From a virus: a stretch of DNA of 64,000 nucleotides. The notes under the pieces were generated by a model that saw only the letters and a list, made by a program, of their open reading frames with translations, ran no database searches and was not told the DNA's origin. The DNA is taken from IMG/VR virus record IMGVR_UViG_3300021962_000074, positions 1 through 64,000 of that record; one strand, written 5' to 3'. A program made the position numbers and the translations under genes. Positions 13,179 through 22,170 of the stretch are shown here, piece by piece. Each line of letters opens with the position of its first letter. Within the stretch, counting starts at the first letter, position 1.

Positions 13179-13586
13179 ATGTCTAATTTGAATGCCCCTT
13201 TTGTCGACCCAGCTGCAGCTGCTGAGGTGTGTCTCACCTCTCTGCGTCTGGAACTTGAGAGACAACTTCCAAAACGTGTTGACGCATTGCTGAATCAGAC
13301 TTTCGGCACAATGGCTGACCTTGTTGGTGGTCCTATTTTCCAAGTTCATGCAAAGGCTACTAAAAATGGTCTTGGTAAGCCAGTTCCTGCCACAAAGACT
13401 GCTAAGTTAGTCAACATGAAGGTTGGTGATACAATTTTCATTCCTTGTGAGAAGCGTGTCACTGTTTCTAAGTTGGAGAGCCGCTGGAGTGGAATCCGCC
13501 AGCATGCTCAAAAGCGCAGCAACTTCAAGTGGCGCATCAATCGCGATCATGATCATGGTGGCGTTCACATCACTCGCACCAAGTGA
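13179..13586 (+). CDS. hypothetical protein, possible DNA-binding
   Basis: MKVGDTIFIP...GVHITRT. Confidence 0.65.
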   Translation: MSNLNAPFVDPAAAAEVCLTSLRLELERQLPKRVDALLNQTFGTMADLVGGPIFQVHAKATKNGLGKPVPATKTAKLVNMKVGDTIFIPCEKRVTVSKLESRWSGIRQHAQKRSNFKWRINRDHDHGGVHITRTK

Positions 13587-13594
13587 AGGATAGT

Positions 13595-13624
13595 GGAGAG
13601 GAGGTTCCCTCCTCTCCCTTTTCT
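13595..13624 (+). terminator. rho-independent terminator
   Basis: GGAGAGGAGG-ttc-CCTCCTCTCC-CTTTT. Confidence 0.75.
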
Positions 13625-14296
13625 ATGCAAAAACCAACTGGCGATTTTTTCTCCACATTAGGATACTATGTCTATTGGTATACCGATGGCATTAATCCAT
13701 ACTACATTGGAAAGGGTGTGGGTGATCGTTGTTGGGCTCATGTAATTGATAAGAATTATGACCCAACAGATCTACACATTGTTGCCAAAAATTTATCCGA
13801 AGATCAAGCAATTGTTCTTGAATCTTATTTGATTTTCACACACAATCCCAGAGACAATAGAGTCTCGGGACATCATACAGAGAGGTTTGCTATGGCTAGT
13901 CTGTCGTCAATGTTTACAGAATTTGAGAGCTGCCAATATGACAATTTTGAAACATTGCCTGCTTGGTATGTTGATAATTATGCTCGTTCTTTCCGTGGAA
14001 AGATTCGCGAGTTGAAGATCAGTTCATCAACTACATTTGTATTAAGCAGTGCGAACAAGCAGATGTACATGATGTTCTATTGGAATCCAACTGACGTTGA
14101 GTCGCCAATCAAGGTCACATTCGAAATGAGTCTTCCTGAAGGTGAGCAAATGAATGCTCTCAAGAAGAAATGCGTTGAATGGTTGAAGACTGAAGACTAC
14201 AAGAAGACTTTTCCAGATGGCAAGGCACAGAAACTTGCAGTTAATGTCGATGGAATCGGCAATGTACTAAAATTATGGGATGCGTTTTGGTCGTAA
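13625..14296 (+). CDS. GIY-YIG (LEM-3-like) nuclease domain protein
   Basis: YYVYWY...PYYIGKG.GDR..AH...LESYLI...N. Confidence 0.7.
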   Translation: MQKPTGDFFSTLGYYVYWYTDGINPYYIGKGVGDRCWAHVIDKNYDPTDLHIVAKNLSEDQAIVLESYLIFTHNPRDNRVSGHHTERFAMASLSSMFTEFESCQYDNFETLPAWYVDNYARSFRGKIRELKISSSTTFVLSSANKQMYMMFYWNPTDVESPIKVTFEMSLPEGEQMNALKKKCVEWLKTEDYKKTFPDGKAQKLAVNVDGIGNVLKLWDAFWS

Positions 14297-14297
14297 T

Positions 14298-14843
14298 ATG
14301 AACATCTTCTTCCTACATCGCGAACCACGCATCGCTGCCGAACAGCACTGTGACAAGCATGTGGTGAAGATGATCGTCGAGTATTCGCAGCTCTTGTCTA
14401 CTGCTCATCGTATCCTAGACGGTACTGAGTATGTGGGCAAGACTGCGAATGGTCGTTCTATTAAGCGTTGGAGTTTACCTGATGATCGCGAACAAAATCT
14501 CTGCTTGGCTTGCCACATTAACCACCCCAGTGCGATTTGGACTCGAAGTAACATTGATCATTATCGGTGGTTACATGATCTACTTTATTTTCTAATCGGC
14601 GAATACAAGTATCGCTACAACGATAAAGTACATAAGACAGAGGAACGTATGCCTTGGCTACTAGATGCACCGCGAAACATTCCAATTGTAGATTGGTCAG
14701 ATCCACCACCAGCAATGAAACTCTATCCGCAGTGTATCGTTCCTGGGGATTCTATTCAGTCCTATCGTAACTATTATCTAGACGCAAAGAAACACTTTGC
14801 AAAGTGGAAGCGTCGTGGTGAACCAGATTGGTGGATTCCCTAA
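14298..14843 (+). CDS. pyrimidine-dimer DNA glycosylase / endonuclease V-like protein
   Basis: MNIFFL...HCDKHVVKMIVEYSQLLSTAH, HINHPSAIW. Confidence 0.8.
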   Translation: MNIFFLHREPRIAAEQHCDKHVVKMIVEYSQLLSTAHRILDGTEYVGKTANGRSIKRWSLPDDREQNLCLACHINHPSAIWTRSNIDHYRWLHDLLYFLIGEYKYRYNDKVHKTEERMPWLLDAPRNIPIVDWSDPPPAMKLYPQCIVPGDSIQSYRNYYLDAKKHFAKWKRRGEPDWWIP

Positions 14844-14851
14844 ATATAGGG

Positions 14852-15454
14852 ATGAAAACTCTAAAAGAATATATTGTAGAGACGACCACTCCAAGCCTGT
14901 TCATTTGGGACATAGATGAAACGCTGTTGCAAACATCAGCCAAAATCTATGTTCGCAAAAACGGGCAGTTGGTTCGCGCTCTCACCAATACTGAATACAA
15001 TTCTTATGTAAAGCAGCCCGACGAAACTCTGGACTTTTCCGAGTTTAAGAGGGCTGATCTTTTTAAGCAAACTTCTAAACCGTACATGAATGTCATGCGC
15101 ATTGCATCTAGACTCTTGCGCGTGACACTCAACAATCCTGGTTCTCGCATGATCATTGTTACAGCAAGAAGCGACTTTGATGATCGCGAAACTTTTCTAG
15201 ACACCTTTCGCCAATACGGTCTCAACATGAGACATATATATGTTGAGAGGTCTGGTAATCTTGGACTTCCAACAGCTGAAGGTAAGCGTGTAACCATTGA
15301 GAAGTATTTGAGTACAGGTACATTCAAGAACGCTACATTGTTTGATGATGCTGATTCAAACCTTGCGATGTTCTTGGGATTACAGAAGAAGTATCCAAAC
15401 ATTTCTTTTCATGCTTACAAGGCAGAACACGGTACATTACGAAAGGTGAAATAA
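14852..15454 (+). CDS. HAD-superfamily phosphatase with capsid-targeting-like N-terminus
   Basis: MKTLKEYIVE; WDIDETL, IVTAR, K, LFDDADSNL; TAAATA at 14841. Confidence 0.8.
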   Translation: MKTLKEYIVETTTPSLFIWDIDETLLQTSAKIYVRKNGQLVRALTNTEYNSYVKQPDETLDFSEFKRADLFKQTSKPYMNVMRIASRLLRVTLNNPGSRMIIVTARSDFDDRETFLDTFRQYGLNMRHIYVERSGNLGLPTAEGKRVTIEKYLSTGTFKNATLFDDADSNLAMFLGLQKKYPNISFHAYKAEHGTLRKVK

Positions 15455-15458
15455 CTGT

Positions 15459-15776
15459 ATGCCAACTTATTTGTTTGTGAACACTAAGACTAAGAAACAA
15501 TTTGAAGAATTTATGAGCATCTCTGCTCGCGAAGAATTTCTAAAAGAAAATCCACACATACAACAGGTGCTGACGCCAACTGCATTGGTCAGCATGGTTG
15601 GTTCAATTGACGGTAAGACAGATTCTGGCTTCAAAGAAGTCATGTCTAAGATCGCAGAAAACAATCCATCCAGTCCATTAGCAGATCGCTATGGCAGAAA
15701 ATCCATCAAAGACGTTAAGATCAGGGAGGTGCGTGAGAAGAATCGTAAGAAGCGCGAAGAACTAAAGAGGGTATAA
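15459..15776 (+). CDS. FmdB-like conserved T4-like protein
   Basis: MPTY.F.N..T...FEEFMSIS...NPHIQQ...GFKEVMSKI; usual position before phoH. Confidence 0.7.
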   Translation: MPTYLFVNTKTKKQFEEFMSISAREEFLKENPHIQQVLTPTALVSMVGSIDGKTDSGFKEVMSKIAENNPSSPLADRYGRKSIKDVKIREVREKNRKKREELKRV

Positions 15777-16531
15777 TGTCAAAAAGAAGAAATGCTAATA
15801 ACATTATTGAACTTGAACATGATAGAAAAACACCAACAGCGAGACTCAAACCAAGTGATCTGAAAAGTTTTGATCCGCTCACTGACAATCAGGGAAAGTT
15901 TTATGATGCTTATACGAGAGGTGACTACTTCATTATGCTTACTGGCAGTGCTGGTACTGGGAAGTCTTTCATTGCTTGTTATAAAAGCATCCAAGAAGTT
16001 TTCGATAAGAACAGTTCTTTTGCTAGGGTTGTTATCGTACGCAGTGCTGTTCAGTCTCGCGATGTGGGTTTTACGCCAGGATCTCTAGAAGATAAGATGG
16101 GATTGTATGAGCAACCCTATATGCAAATCTTCCATACACTATTTGGTCGCCGTGATGCTTATGAAATTCTCAAGGACTCAGGTAAGATCGAGTTCATCTC
16201 TACCAGTTTCATTCGTGGTATGAGTTTCGACGATTCAATTATCATCGTAGATGAATGTCAGAATATGAACTGGGAAGAGTTGTCTACGATCATGACTCGC
16301 GTTGGCTATCGTTCCAAGATCATCTTCTGTGGCGATTACAAGCAGACTGATTTGACCAAGAAGTCTACGGATAAGTCTGGACTGTATAAGTTTCATTCAA
16401 TTGCAAAGATGATGGATTCATTCACCAATATTGAATTTACAACTGACGATATTGTACGTTCAAGTCTAGTGAAAGACTTCCTCATTGCAGTAGATAAGTA
16501 TGAAAATAGTTTGACTACTTCCCCAAAGTAG
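15776..16531 (+). CDS. phoH: PhoH-like ATPase
   Basis: PLTDNQ, GSAGTGKS, FIRGMSF, DECQN, GDYKQTD, DIVRS. Confidence 0.95.
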   Translation: MSKRRNANNIIELEHDRKTPTARLKPSDLKSFDPLTDNQGKFYDAYTRGDYFIMLTGSAGTGKSFIACYKSIQEVFDKNSSFARVVIVRSAVQSRDVGFTPGSLEDKMGLYEQPYMQIFHTLFGRRDAYEILKDSGKIEFISTSFIRGMSFDDSIIIVDECQNMNWEELSTIMTRVGYRSKIIFCGDYKQTDLTKKSTDKSGLYKFHSIAKMMDSFTNIEFTTDDIVRSSLVKDFLIAVDKYENSLTTSPK

Positions 16532-16539
16532 GCTATAAT
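16511..16539 (+). promoter_or_regulatory. sigma70-type promoter
   Basis: TTGACT-N17-TATAAT. Confidence 0.75.
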
Positions 16540-16568
16540 AACTGTGTGGCTTTTGAAAGGTTTATATC

Positions 16569-16697
16569 ATGAATAGTAGAGAGAAAAACGACAGACCTGA
16601 AGATCCGAGACTCAAGTTGATCGAAGGAATCATGTATGGTTTGGTCATATCGACATTCCTTTGGGGAATGATAATCGCAGCATGGTTACTTTTCTAA
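16569..16697 (+). CDS. 42-aa single-TM protein (not in ORF track)
   Basis: MNSREKNDRPEDPRLKLIEGIMYGLVISTFLWGMIIAAWLLF; AAGG RBS after promoter. Confidence 0.55.
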   Translation: MNSREKNDRPEDPRLKLIEGIMYGLVISTFLWGMIIAAWLLF

Positions 16698-16705
16698 ATC
16701 GCTCT

Positions 16706-17362
16706 ATGTTTAATCATATCAAACACGAATTTCCTACACTCATTACGGAAAATGTAGATGGATCTAGGATGTACAAGACACCGACAGGTGAGGCTTATCC
16801 GTCGGTAACCACGGTTCTTTCTGACTATGGTAAGAAAGAAATCATGGAATGGCGTGCCCGTGTAGGCGAAGAGAAAGCCAATAAGATCTCTCGCCAAGCC
16901 ACTACACGAGGCACTTCCGTTCACTCTGTCATTGAGAAGTATATCAACAACGAAGATGTATCTGGCGTTGAGATGATGCCGAACGTCAAGTCTATCTTTC
17001 ATAAGATGAAGGTGGAACTGGACAAACTGCAGAACATTCACTGTCTTGAGACTCGCCTGTTCTCTCATGAATTGAAACTGGCTGGTCAGGTAGACTGTAT
17101 CGCCGAGTACAATGGTGTGCTCTCTGTCATTGACTTTAAGACTGCCAATCGTCTAAAGAGCAAGGACAAGATTGCAAATTATTTTATGCAGGGTGCTGCG
17201 TACTCTAAGATGTTCGAGGAGATGACGAATCATAAGATCGAGCAGGTTGTGATCCTGATTGGCGTTGATTCGGCTTCTTTTACGCAAGTTTTGAAGGTGA
17301 AACCAGAGGATTATCTAGAGGAACTGAAAGGCTATATAAATAGATACAGAGGATTAGCCTAA
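16706..17362 (+). CDS. PD-(D/E)XK exonuclease
   Basis: YPSVTTVL, RGTSVH, AGQVDC, IDFKT, Q..AY. Confidence 0.9.
   Translation: MFNHIKHEFPTLITENVDGSRMYKTPTGEAYPSVTTVLSDYGKKEIMEWRARVGEEKANKISRQATTRGTSVHSVIEKYINNEDVSGVEMMPNVKSIFHKMKVELDKLQNIHCLETRLFSHELKLAGQVDCIAEYNGVLSVIDFKTANRLKSKDKIANYFMQGAAYSKMFEEMTNHKIEQVVILIGVDSASFTQVLKVKPEDYLEELKGYINRYRGLA
17335..17342 (+). promoter_or_regulatory. T4 late promoter
   Basis: TATAAATA upstream of SNase gene. Confidence 0.6.
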
Positions 17363-17721
17363 TGATAAGACAATACATCTTCGAAGGACTAGTAGATCGC
17401 GTGGTTGATGGCGACACCTATGACATCATTCTTGATCTAGGTTTCTACATCACACACACCATTCGTGTAAGACTCAAGGGTGTTGATACACCTGAAGTCT
17501 ACGGCAAGAATGCCAGTGAGGAAGGTCGCGTTGCTTCTGCTTATGTGAAATCATTGATTGAAAATCAGCGTGTGGTCGTACAGACTTATAAGAATGCACC
17601 AAGTTCATTCAATCGCTGGGAAGCAGATGTGTATTTCAATCTGCTTCTGGAAGATGGGTCAACCAGCCAAGTGAGTTTGGCTGATCATTTAGTTGAGAAA
17701 GGATATGCCGTTAGGGTATAA
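17362..17721 (+). CDS. thermonuclease (SNase-like)
   Basis: RVVDGDT...RVRLKGVDTPE...LVEKGYA. Confidence 0.9.
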   Translation: MIRQYIFEGLVDRVVDGDTYDIILDLGFYITHTIRVRLKGVDTPEVYGKNASEEGRVASAYVKSLIENQRVVVQTYKNAPSSFNRWEADVYFNLLLEDGSTSQVSLADHLVEKGYAVRV

Positions 17722-17722
17722 T
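17693..17722 (+). promoter_or_regulatory. sigma70-type promoter for tmRNA
   Basis: TTGAGA-N18-TATAAT. Confidence 0.55.
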
Positions 17723-17728
17723 AGAATT

Positions 17729-18043
17729 ATAGTGGTATGAAGCGAAATGAAGGTGCTGCGGACTCGGGTTCGATTCCCGACATCTCCACCAAAAGTGTAC
17801 TGTAAGTATGATTCTGTCGAAACACTAGATTCAGAAGTCAATAAATGTTTCGCAAGTACACTTCTTATGGGGATGCACTGGCTTCGACGGGGCAAGATAG
17901 TTAAGCAGACCACTGGAAAGGCGACGAACCTAATTCGCGCAAACTAAGTAATCGCAGCAAATGACGATTATTATGATTATGCCCTAGCGGCTTAATCTGA
18001 GTTTTGCAGGTTGGACTTGGAAACAGAATCAACCTGCACTTTT
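17729..18043 (+). ncRNA. ssrA: circularly permuted two-piece tmRNA
   Basis: Acceptor piece ends GGGTTCGATTCCCGACATCTCCACCA (17791); intervening 17792-17868; coding piece starts GGGGATG (17869, G3:U70); tag frame AANDDYYDYALAA* 17954-17995; 3' hairpin. Confidence 0.93.
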
Positions 18044-18078
18044 TCAACAATCCAATAATTGGAGTTTGGTAGATATAA

Positions 18079-18744
18079 ATGAATATACATCAAGTCTATT
18101 TTGATGATTCACAAAGAGTTAATCTAAACAACGAATTCATTCCATTTCGTAACATTCCGAATATGGAAACTCCATATCCCCAGTTTTATGAATATCCGAT
18201 ATTTAAATTTCTCCAGAACAAGTATGAAGAAGAGAAATATAATGGTCTATGGGGTTATGTCAGCTGGAGATTTCAACAGAAACTTCAAAGATTTTATCCT
18301 AATCTTACACCTGCAGATTATTGTCAGTGGATAATTGATAATCCAGGTTATGATTTTTATCATATGAATGTAGTGTGGAGAGAAACTGAATTGTTTGATA
18401 ATATATTTTTTCAAGGCGAGAAATGTCATCCAGGACTACTAGGCTTCTTTACAAGATTGGTTCATCTAAAAGGGTGGGATTTCGATTTACATAAAAAATA
18501 TGATCCAGAGTATTCCCTCACTTGCCACTATTATGTGATGAACACTAAGACATGGCGTCAGTGGCTAAGTTTTTTAGATGACACATTTGAGTTTGTTAAA
18601 TCTGATGCTCAATTATACAACTATGCGAATCGTGAAAGTAGGCACAGAAACAGTCCTTGGTATAACTGGGCGTTCATAGCCGAACGGATCATCACCATAT
18701 GGATTCACTTGAATCCTCAAGTCAAATTTCTGGCATACAAATAG
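18079..18744 (+). CDS. hypothetical, possibly glycosyltransferase-like
   Basis: WGYVSWRF...HPG...FIAER pattern; AT-rich. Confidence 0.5.
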   Translation: MNIHQVYFDDSQRVNLNNEFIPFRNIPNMETPYPQFYEYPIFKFLQNKYEEEKYNGLWGYVSWRFQQKLQRFYPNLTPADYCQWIIDNPGYDFYHMNVVWRETELFDNIFFQGEKCHPGLLGFFTRLVHLKGWDFDLHKKYDPEYSLTCHYYVMNTKTWRQWLSFLDDTFEFVKSDAQLYNYANRESRHRNSPWYNWAFIAERIITIWIHLNPQVKFLAYK

Positions 18745-18754
18745 AGATAAGCTA

Positions 18755-19342
18755 ATGTTCAATAAAACCTTTGCTGCAATTCTAATTGCAGCCACGTTCG
18801 TAATCTCACACCTATACGTTTCCGATCAGCATATGATTCATACAAAGGGTCTGGAACAGCAGATCTTTGAGTTGGCGATTCAAAATAACACTATGAATGG
18901 ATTGAAAGACGAACTGGTGCGCCAAGAAACCTTCAAGCGTCAACTTGAATGCCTAGCCATGAACATCTATCACGAGGGTCGCGGTGAATCATACGATGGC
19001 AGACTGGCAATTGCTACAGTCACCATGAATCGTGTGAACAAGGATCGTTTCCCAAGTACAGTTTGTGGAGTTGTATGGCAAGCCACGAACAAGGGTTGCC
19101 AGTTCTCTTGGACTTGCGACGGCAAGAGCGATCGTATACGCAATCAAGAAGCCTATGCTGAGTCAGTAGAAATGGCTGAAAATGTTTTGCTAAATGGACT
19201 GCGTTCGTATAAAATAGGTAGAGATGTGTATCATTATCATGCTGAATACGTGAATCCTCGATGGGAAGAACGATGGGATGCTGAGATGATTGCGCAAATT
19301 GACAAACACAAATTCTACAGGGTTGCCATGTATGCTAATTGA
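18755..19342 (+). CDS. cell wall hydrolase (SleB/Hydrolase_2)
   Basis: CLAMNIYHEGRGE...MNRV...FPSTVCGVV.Q...CQFSW...HYHA.YVNP.W...H.FY. Confidence 0.92.
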   Translation: MFNKTFAAILIAATFVISHLYVSDQHMIHTKGLEQQIFELAIQNNTMNGLKDELVRQETFKRQLECLAMNIYHEGRGESYDGRLAIATVTMNRVNKDRFPSTVCGVVWQATNKGCQFSWTCDGKSDRIRNQEAYAESVEMAENVLLNGLRSYKIGRDVYHYHAEYVNPRWEERWDAEMIAQIDKHKFYRVAMYAN

Positions 19343-20339
19343 CCATGAAGTGAAACTTGACTATTCTGATGTTCTGTTAGTTCCGCGAGAGTCTGATCTA
19401 TCAAGTAGATCACAAGTTGACCTTGAGGTCAATCATTTTGACATCCCTGTAGTTCCTATCATTGCAGCGAATATGGATGGCGTTGGAACTTTTGCGATGG
19501 CAAGAGAACTGGCTAAATATAAAATCCTGACCGCTCTTACTAAACACTATTCACTCGACGAGTTATTGGACTTTTATGCATCAGATTCATCTAGGTACGC
19601 TGTTTATTCTATGGGCTGTAATAAAGCTGATTATGAGAAGTTTACTGCTTTCGATAGCAGCTGTAACGACCTTGGTATTGCTCACCCCATTGGTGTTTGT
19701 ATTGACGTTGCTAATGGTTATACTTCACATTTTGAAGAGTTCGTGGCGACGATTCGCGAAGAGTATCCAGACTACATCCTCATGGTCGGCAACGTCGTCA
19801 CGCCAGAACGAACCGAAAGATTGGTAGACGCAGGAGCCGATATCGTAAAAATCGGAATCGGTCCTGGCTCGGTCTGCACCACGCGAAAGTTGACTGGTGT
19901 TGGCTATCCGCAATTTTCTGCCGTGGCTGAGTGCGCATCAGCCGCAATTGGAGCAGGTGGAAACATTGTTGCGGATGGCGGCATTACATGTCCTGGCGAT
20001 GCTGCCAAGGCTTTCGCTGCTGGTGCAAAATATGTAATGATTGGCGGTATGTTCGCTGGTCACGTCGAAGGTGGTAATACTTCTGATGAAGTTAAATTCT
20101 ACGGCATGGCTTCCAAGGCTGCGCAGGATCAGCATAACGGTGGCGTGGCTGAGTATCGCGCCTCTGAAGGCAAGGAAGTGAAGATTGCTTTCCGTGGTCC
20201 TGTAAGTAACACCGTGCGTGAATTATTGGGTGGCATCCGTTCAGCCTGTACTTATATCGGTGCTGAGTCTTTGTCTGAAATGCCTCGACGCGCAAAGTTC
20301 GTTCGTGTCAATCGCCAACTCAATAATGTGTTTGCATGA
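19332..20339 (+). CDS. guaC: GMP reductase
   Basis: KLDYSDVLLVP, IAANMDGVG, IDVANGY, GIGPGSVCTTR..TGVGYPQ, FYGMAS, YRASEGK. Confidence 0.95.
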   Translation: MLIDHEVKLDYSDVLLVPRESDLSSRSQVDLEVNHFDIPVVPIIAANMDGVGTFAMARELAKYKILTALTKHYSLDELLDFYASDSSRYAVYSMGCNKADYEKFTAFDSSCNDLGIAHPIGVCIDVANGYTSHFEEFVATIREEYPDYILMVGNVVTPERTERLVDAGADIVKIGIGPGSVCTTRKLTGVGYPQFSAVAECASAAIGAGGNIVADGGITCPGDAAKAFAAGAKYVMIGGMFAGHVEGGNTSDEVKFYGMASKAAQDQHNGGVAEYRASEGKEVKIAFRGPVSNTVRELLGGIRSACTYIGAESLSEMPRRAKFVRVNRQLNNVFA

Positions 20340-20560
20340 TGGCTACACGTGAAGAGAAAAATACTTTCTCAATGATGATCCTAACTCGAGCAGAACAACT
20401 ACAAACGGATCACATGGATGCTATTATCACCTATTGTGAGGAAGTTGAACTTGAAGTCGAGATTGCTGCTTCGTTGATCAATGATGTGCTATTATCTAAG
20501 TTGGAAGAAGAAGCACAACAAAATAATGTGATCCAGAGGTCTGCTAAATTACCATTATGA
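20336..20560 (+). CDS. 33: late-promoter transcription accessory protein gp33
   Basis: MDAIITYCE...EIAASLI...KLEEEA...AKLPL; synteny with 59 and 32. Confidence 0.8.
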   Translation: MMATREEKNTFSMMILTRAEQLQTDHMDAIITYCEEVELEVEIAASLINDVLLSKLEEEAQQNNVIQRSAKLPL

Positions 20561-21162
20561 CAGGTATTGAGTTTTGCGCAACTTACCTTGCCGTGAAACT
20601 ACATTTTAGCAACGAGAAGTATAACTTCTTTGCAGGTAGTGGTAAGATAAAGATCGGCGAGGAAGCATTCAATCGCCGCAAAGATAAATTCAAGTTTCAT
20701 CGTCTGGCTCGAAACATTCCTGATGATGAAGTGGTTCCGTTCCTTGTGGCTAACTTCTTACAGAATGGTGACTGTTGGACGCAGAATCTACTTGAGGAAG
20801 AAGCAAGATCAGTGTATAACAAACATCGCAAGATTACACAAGCGATGACTGAACACTATAAGAATGATCTTGCTAAGTTACCAAAAGGCAAAGAGGCAAT
20901 CAATGAATTGTTTGAGGTCAAGGATGGAAAGCATCCAAAACTCTTGACAATGTATATGCAAGGCGATATACTATTAGAGACGATGGTGATATTGAATAAC
21001 ATATTCAACTACGTCGCTCATTGGGATAAACAAATCAAGGAAGATATAATTTATCCAAAGATTTCAAGAAAGATTCGTAAGTACGGATCGTTCCTGGAAG
21101 TGAATGTCACAAGGTATAAAGAGGTAACAAAAACTTGCCTTTTACAGTGTGATGATATATAA
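20557..21162 (+). CDS. 59: helicase loader gp59
   Basis: YLAVKLHF...YNFF...RKDKFKF; ETMVIL. Confidence 0.88.
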   Translation: MTGIEFCATYLAVKLHFSNEKYNFFAGSGKIKIGEEAFNRRKDKFKFHRLARNIPDDEVVPFLVANFLQNGDCWTQNLLEEEARSVYNKHRKITQAMTEHYKNDLAKLPKGKEAINELFEVKDGKHPKLLTMYMQGDILLETMVILNNIFNYVAHWDKQIKEDIIYPKISRKIRKYGSFLEVNVTRYKEVTKTCLLQCDDI

Positions 21163-21163
21163 T
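21135..21163 (+). promoter_or_regulatory. early-type promoter for gene 32
   Basis: TTGCCT-N17-TATAAT. Confidence 0.7.
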
Positions 21164-21222
21164 AGTTGTATAATGATGAATAATGTGGACAAATTTAATA
21201 CAATACATACGAGGTAATACAA

Positions 21223-22122
21223 ATGTCTAGTCTATCCGCACTAAAGAAAAACAATTCTCTTGAAAAACTAACCCGAGCAATGGAATCAACCGCTGCTGGT
21301 GGTGGTAATTTGAAGAGAGAAGATGATCGTTTTTGGGTCCCAGAGGTTGATAAAAGTGGCAATGGTTACGCTGTTATTCGTTTTCTTGATACTCCTTCCG
21401 TTGATGGTGATGATGGTCTCCCTTGGGTTCAGATCTGGTCTCATGGATTCCAAGGACCAGGAGGTTGGTATATTGAGAATTCTCTCACAACCATCGGTCA
21501 AAAAGATCCTGTCTCCGAATATAACACCCAGCTCTGGAACTCTGGCATCGAAGCCAACAAGGAAATCGCACGTAAGCAGAAGCGCAAGCTGACCTATTAC
21601 GCAAATATCTACGTTGTCTCTGATCCGAAGCGCCCTGAGAACGAGGGTAAGGTTTTCTTGTACAAGTTTGGCAAGAAGGTCTTTGAGAAGATCAATGCAA
21701 AGATCAATCCAGAGTTTGAGGATGAAAAGCCAATGAATCCTTTTGACTTCTGGAAGGGTGCGAACTTCAAGTTGAAGATTCGCAATTACGAGGGCTATCG
21801 TAACTATGACAAGTCAGAGTTTGACACACAGTCTGCTCTACTTGATGGTGATGATAAGCAGATTGAGAAGGTCTGGAAGGCTGCGCATTCTTTGAAGGAA
21901 TTCGTAAAGTCTGAGAACTTCAAGTCCTATGACGAACTCAAGGAAAAGCTGAATCGTGTTCTAGGTGCTGGTGGTGCGACTCGCGCTGCTGCTCCGAAGA
22001 TCGAGGAGGAAGAGGCACCTTGGGAAGAGCCAAAGGCTGCGAAGCCACGTAAGACTGCAGAGGCTGTCACTGTAGACGAGGATGATGATCTAAGTTACTT
22101 TGACAAGTTGGCTGCTGAGTAA
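21223..22122 (+). CDS. 32: single-stranded DNA-binding protein gp32
   Basis: DDRFW.PEVDKSGNGYAVIRFL, HGFQGPGGWYIENSLTT, YRNYDKSEF, acidic tail. Confidence 0.97.
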   Translation: MSSLSALKKNNSLEKLTRAMESTAAGGGNLKREDDRFWVPEVDKSGNGYAVIRFLDTPSVDGDDGLPWVQIWSHGFQGPGGWYIENSLTTIGQKDPVSEYNTQLWNSGIEANKEIARKQKRKLTYYANIYVVSDPKRPENEGKVFLYKFGKKVFEKINAKINPEFEDEKPMNPFDFWKGANFKLKIRNYEGYRNYDKSEFDTQSALLDGDDKQIEKVWKAAHSLKEFVKSENFKSYDELKEKLNRVLGAGGATRAAAPKIEEEEAPWEEPKAAKPRKTAEAVTVDEDDDLSYFDKLAAE

Positions 22123-22142
22123 GTCGTCTAATTCAAGACGCA

Positions 22143-22170
22143 AGAGGGGAGCTTCGGCTCCCCTTTTTTT
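22143..22170. terminator. rho-independent terminator between convergent genes
   Basis: GGGGAGC-ttcg-GCTCCCC-TTTTTTT. Confidence 0.9.

Noticed and set aside
16706-17362. Cas4 or CRISPR-associated locus
   Set aside because: No Fe-S cysteines, no array or cas genes; this is the usual exonuclease after phoH
17792-17868. Second hammerhead in the tmRNA intervening segment
   Set aside because: Has CGAAAC but no CUGANGA core; it is a simple hairpin
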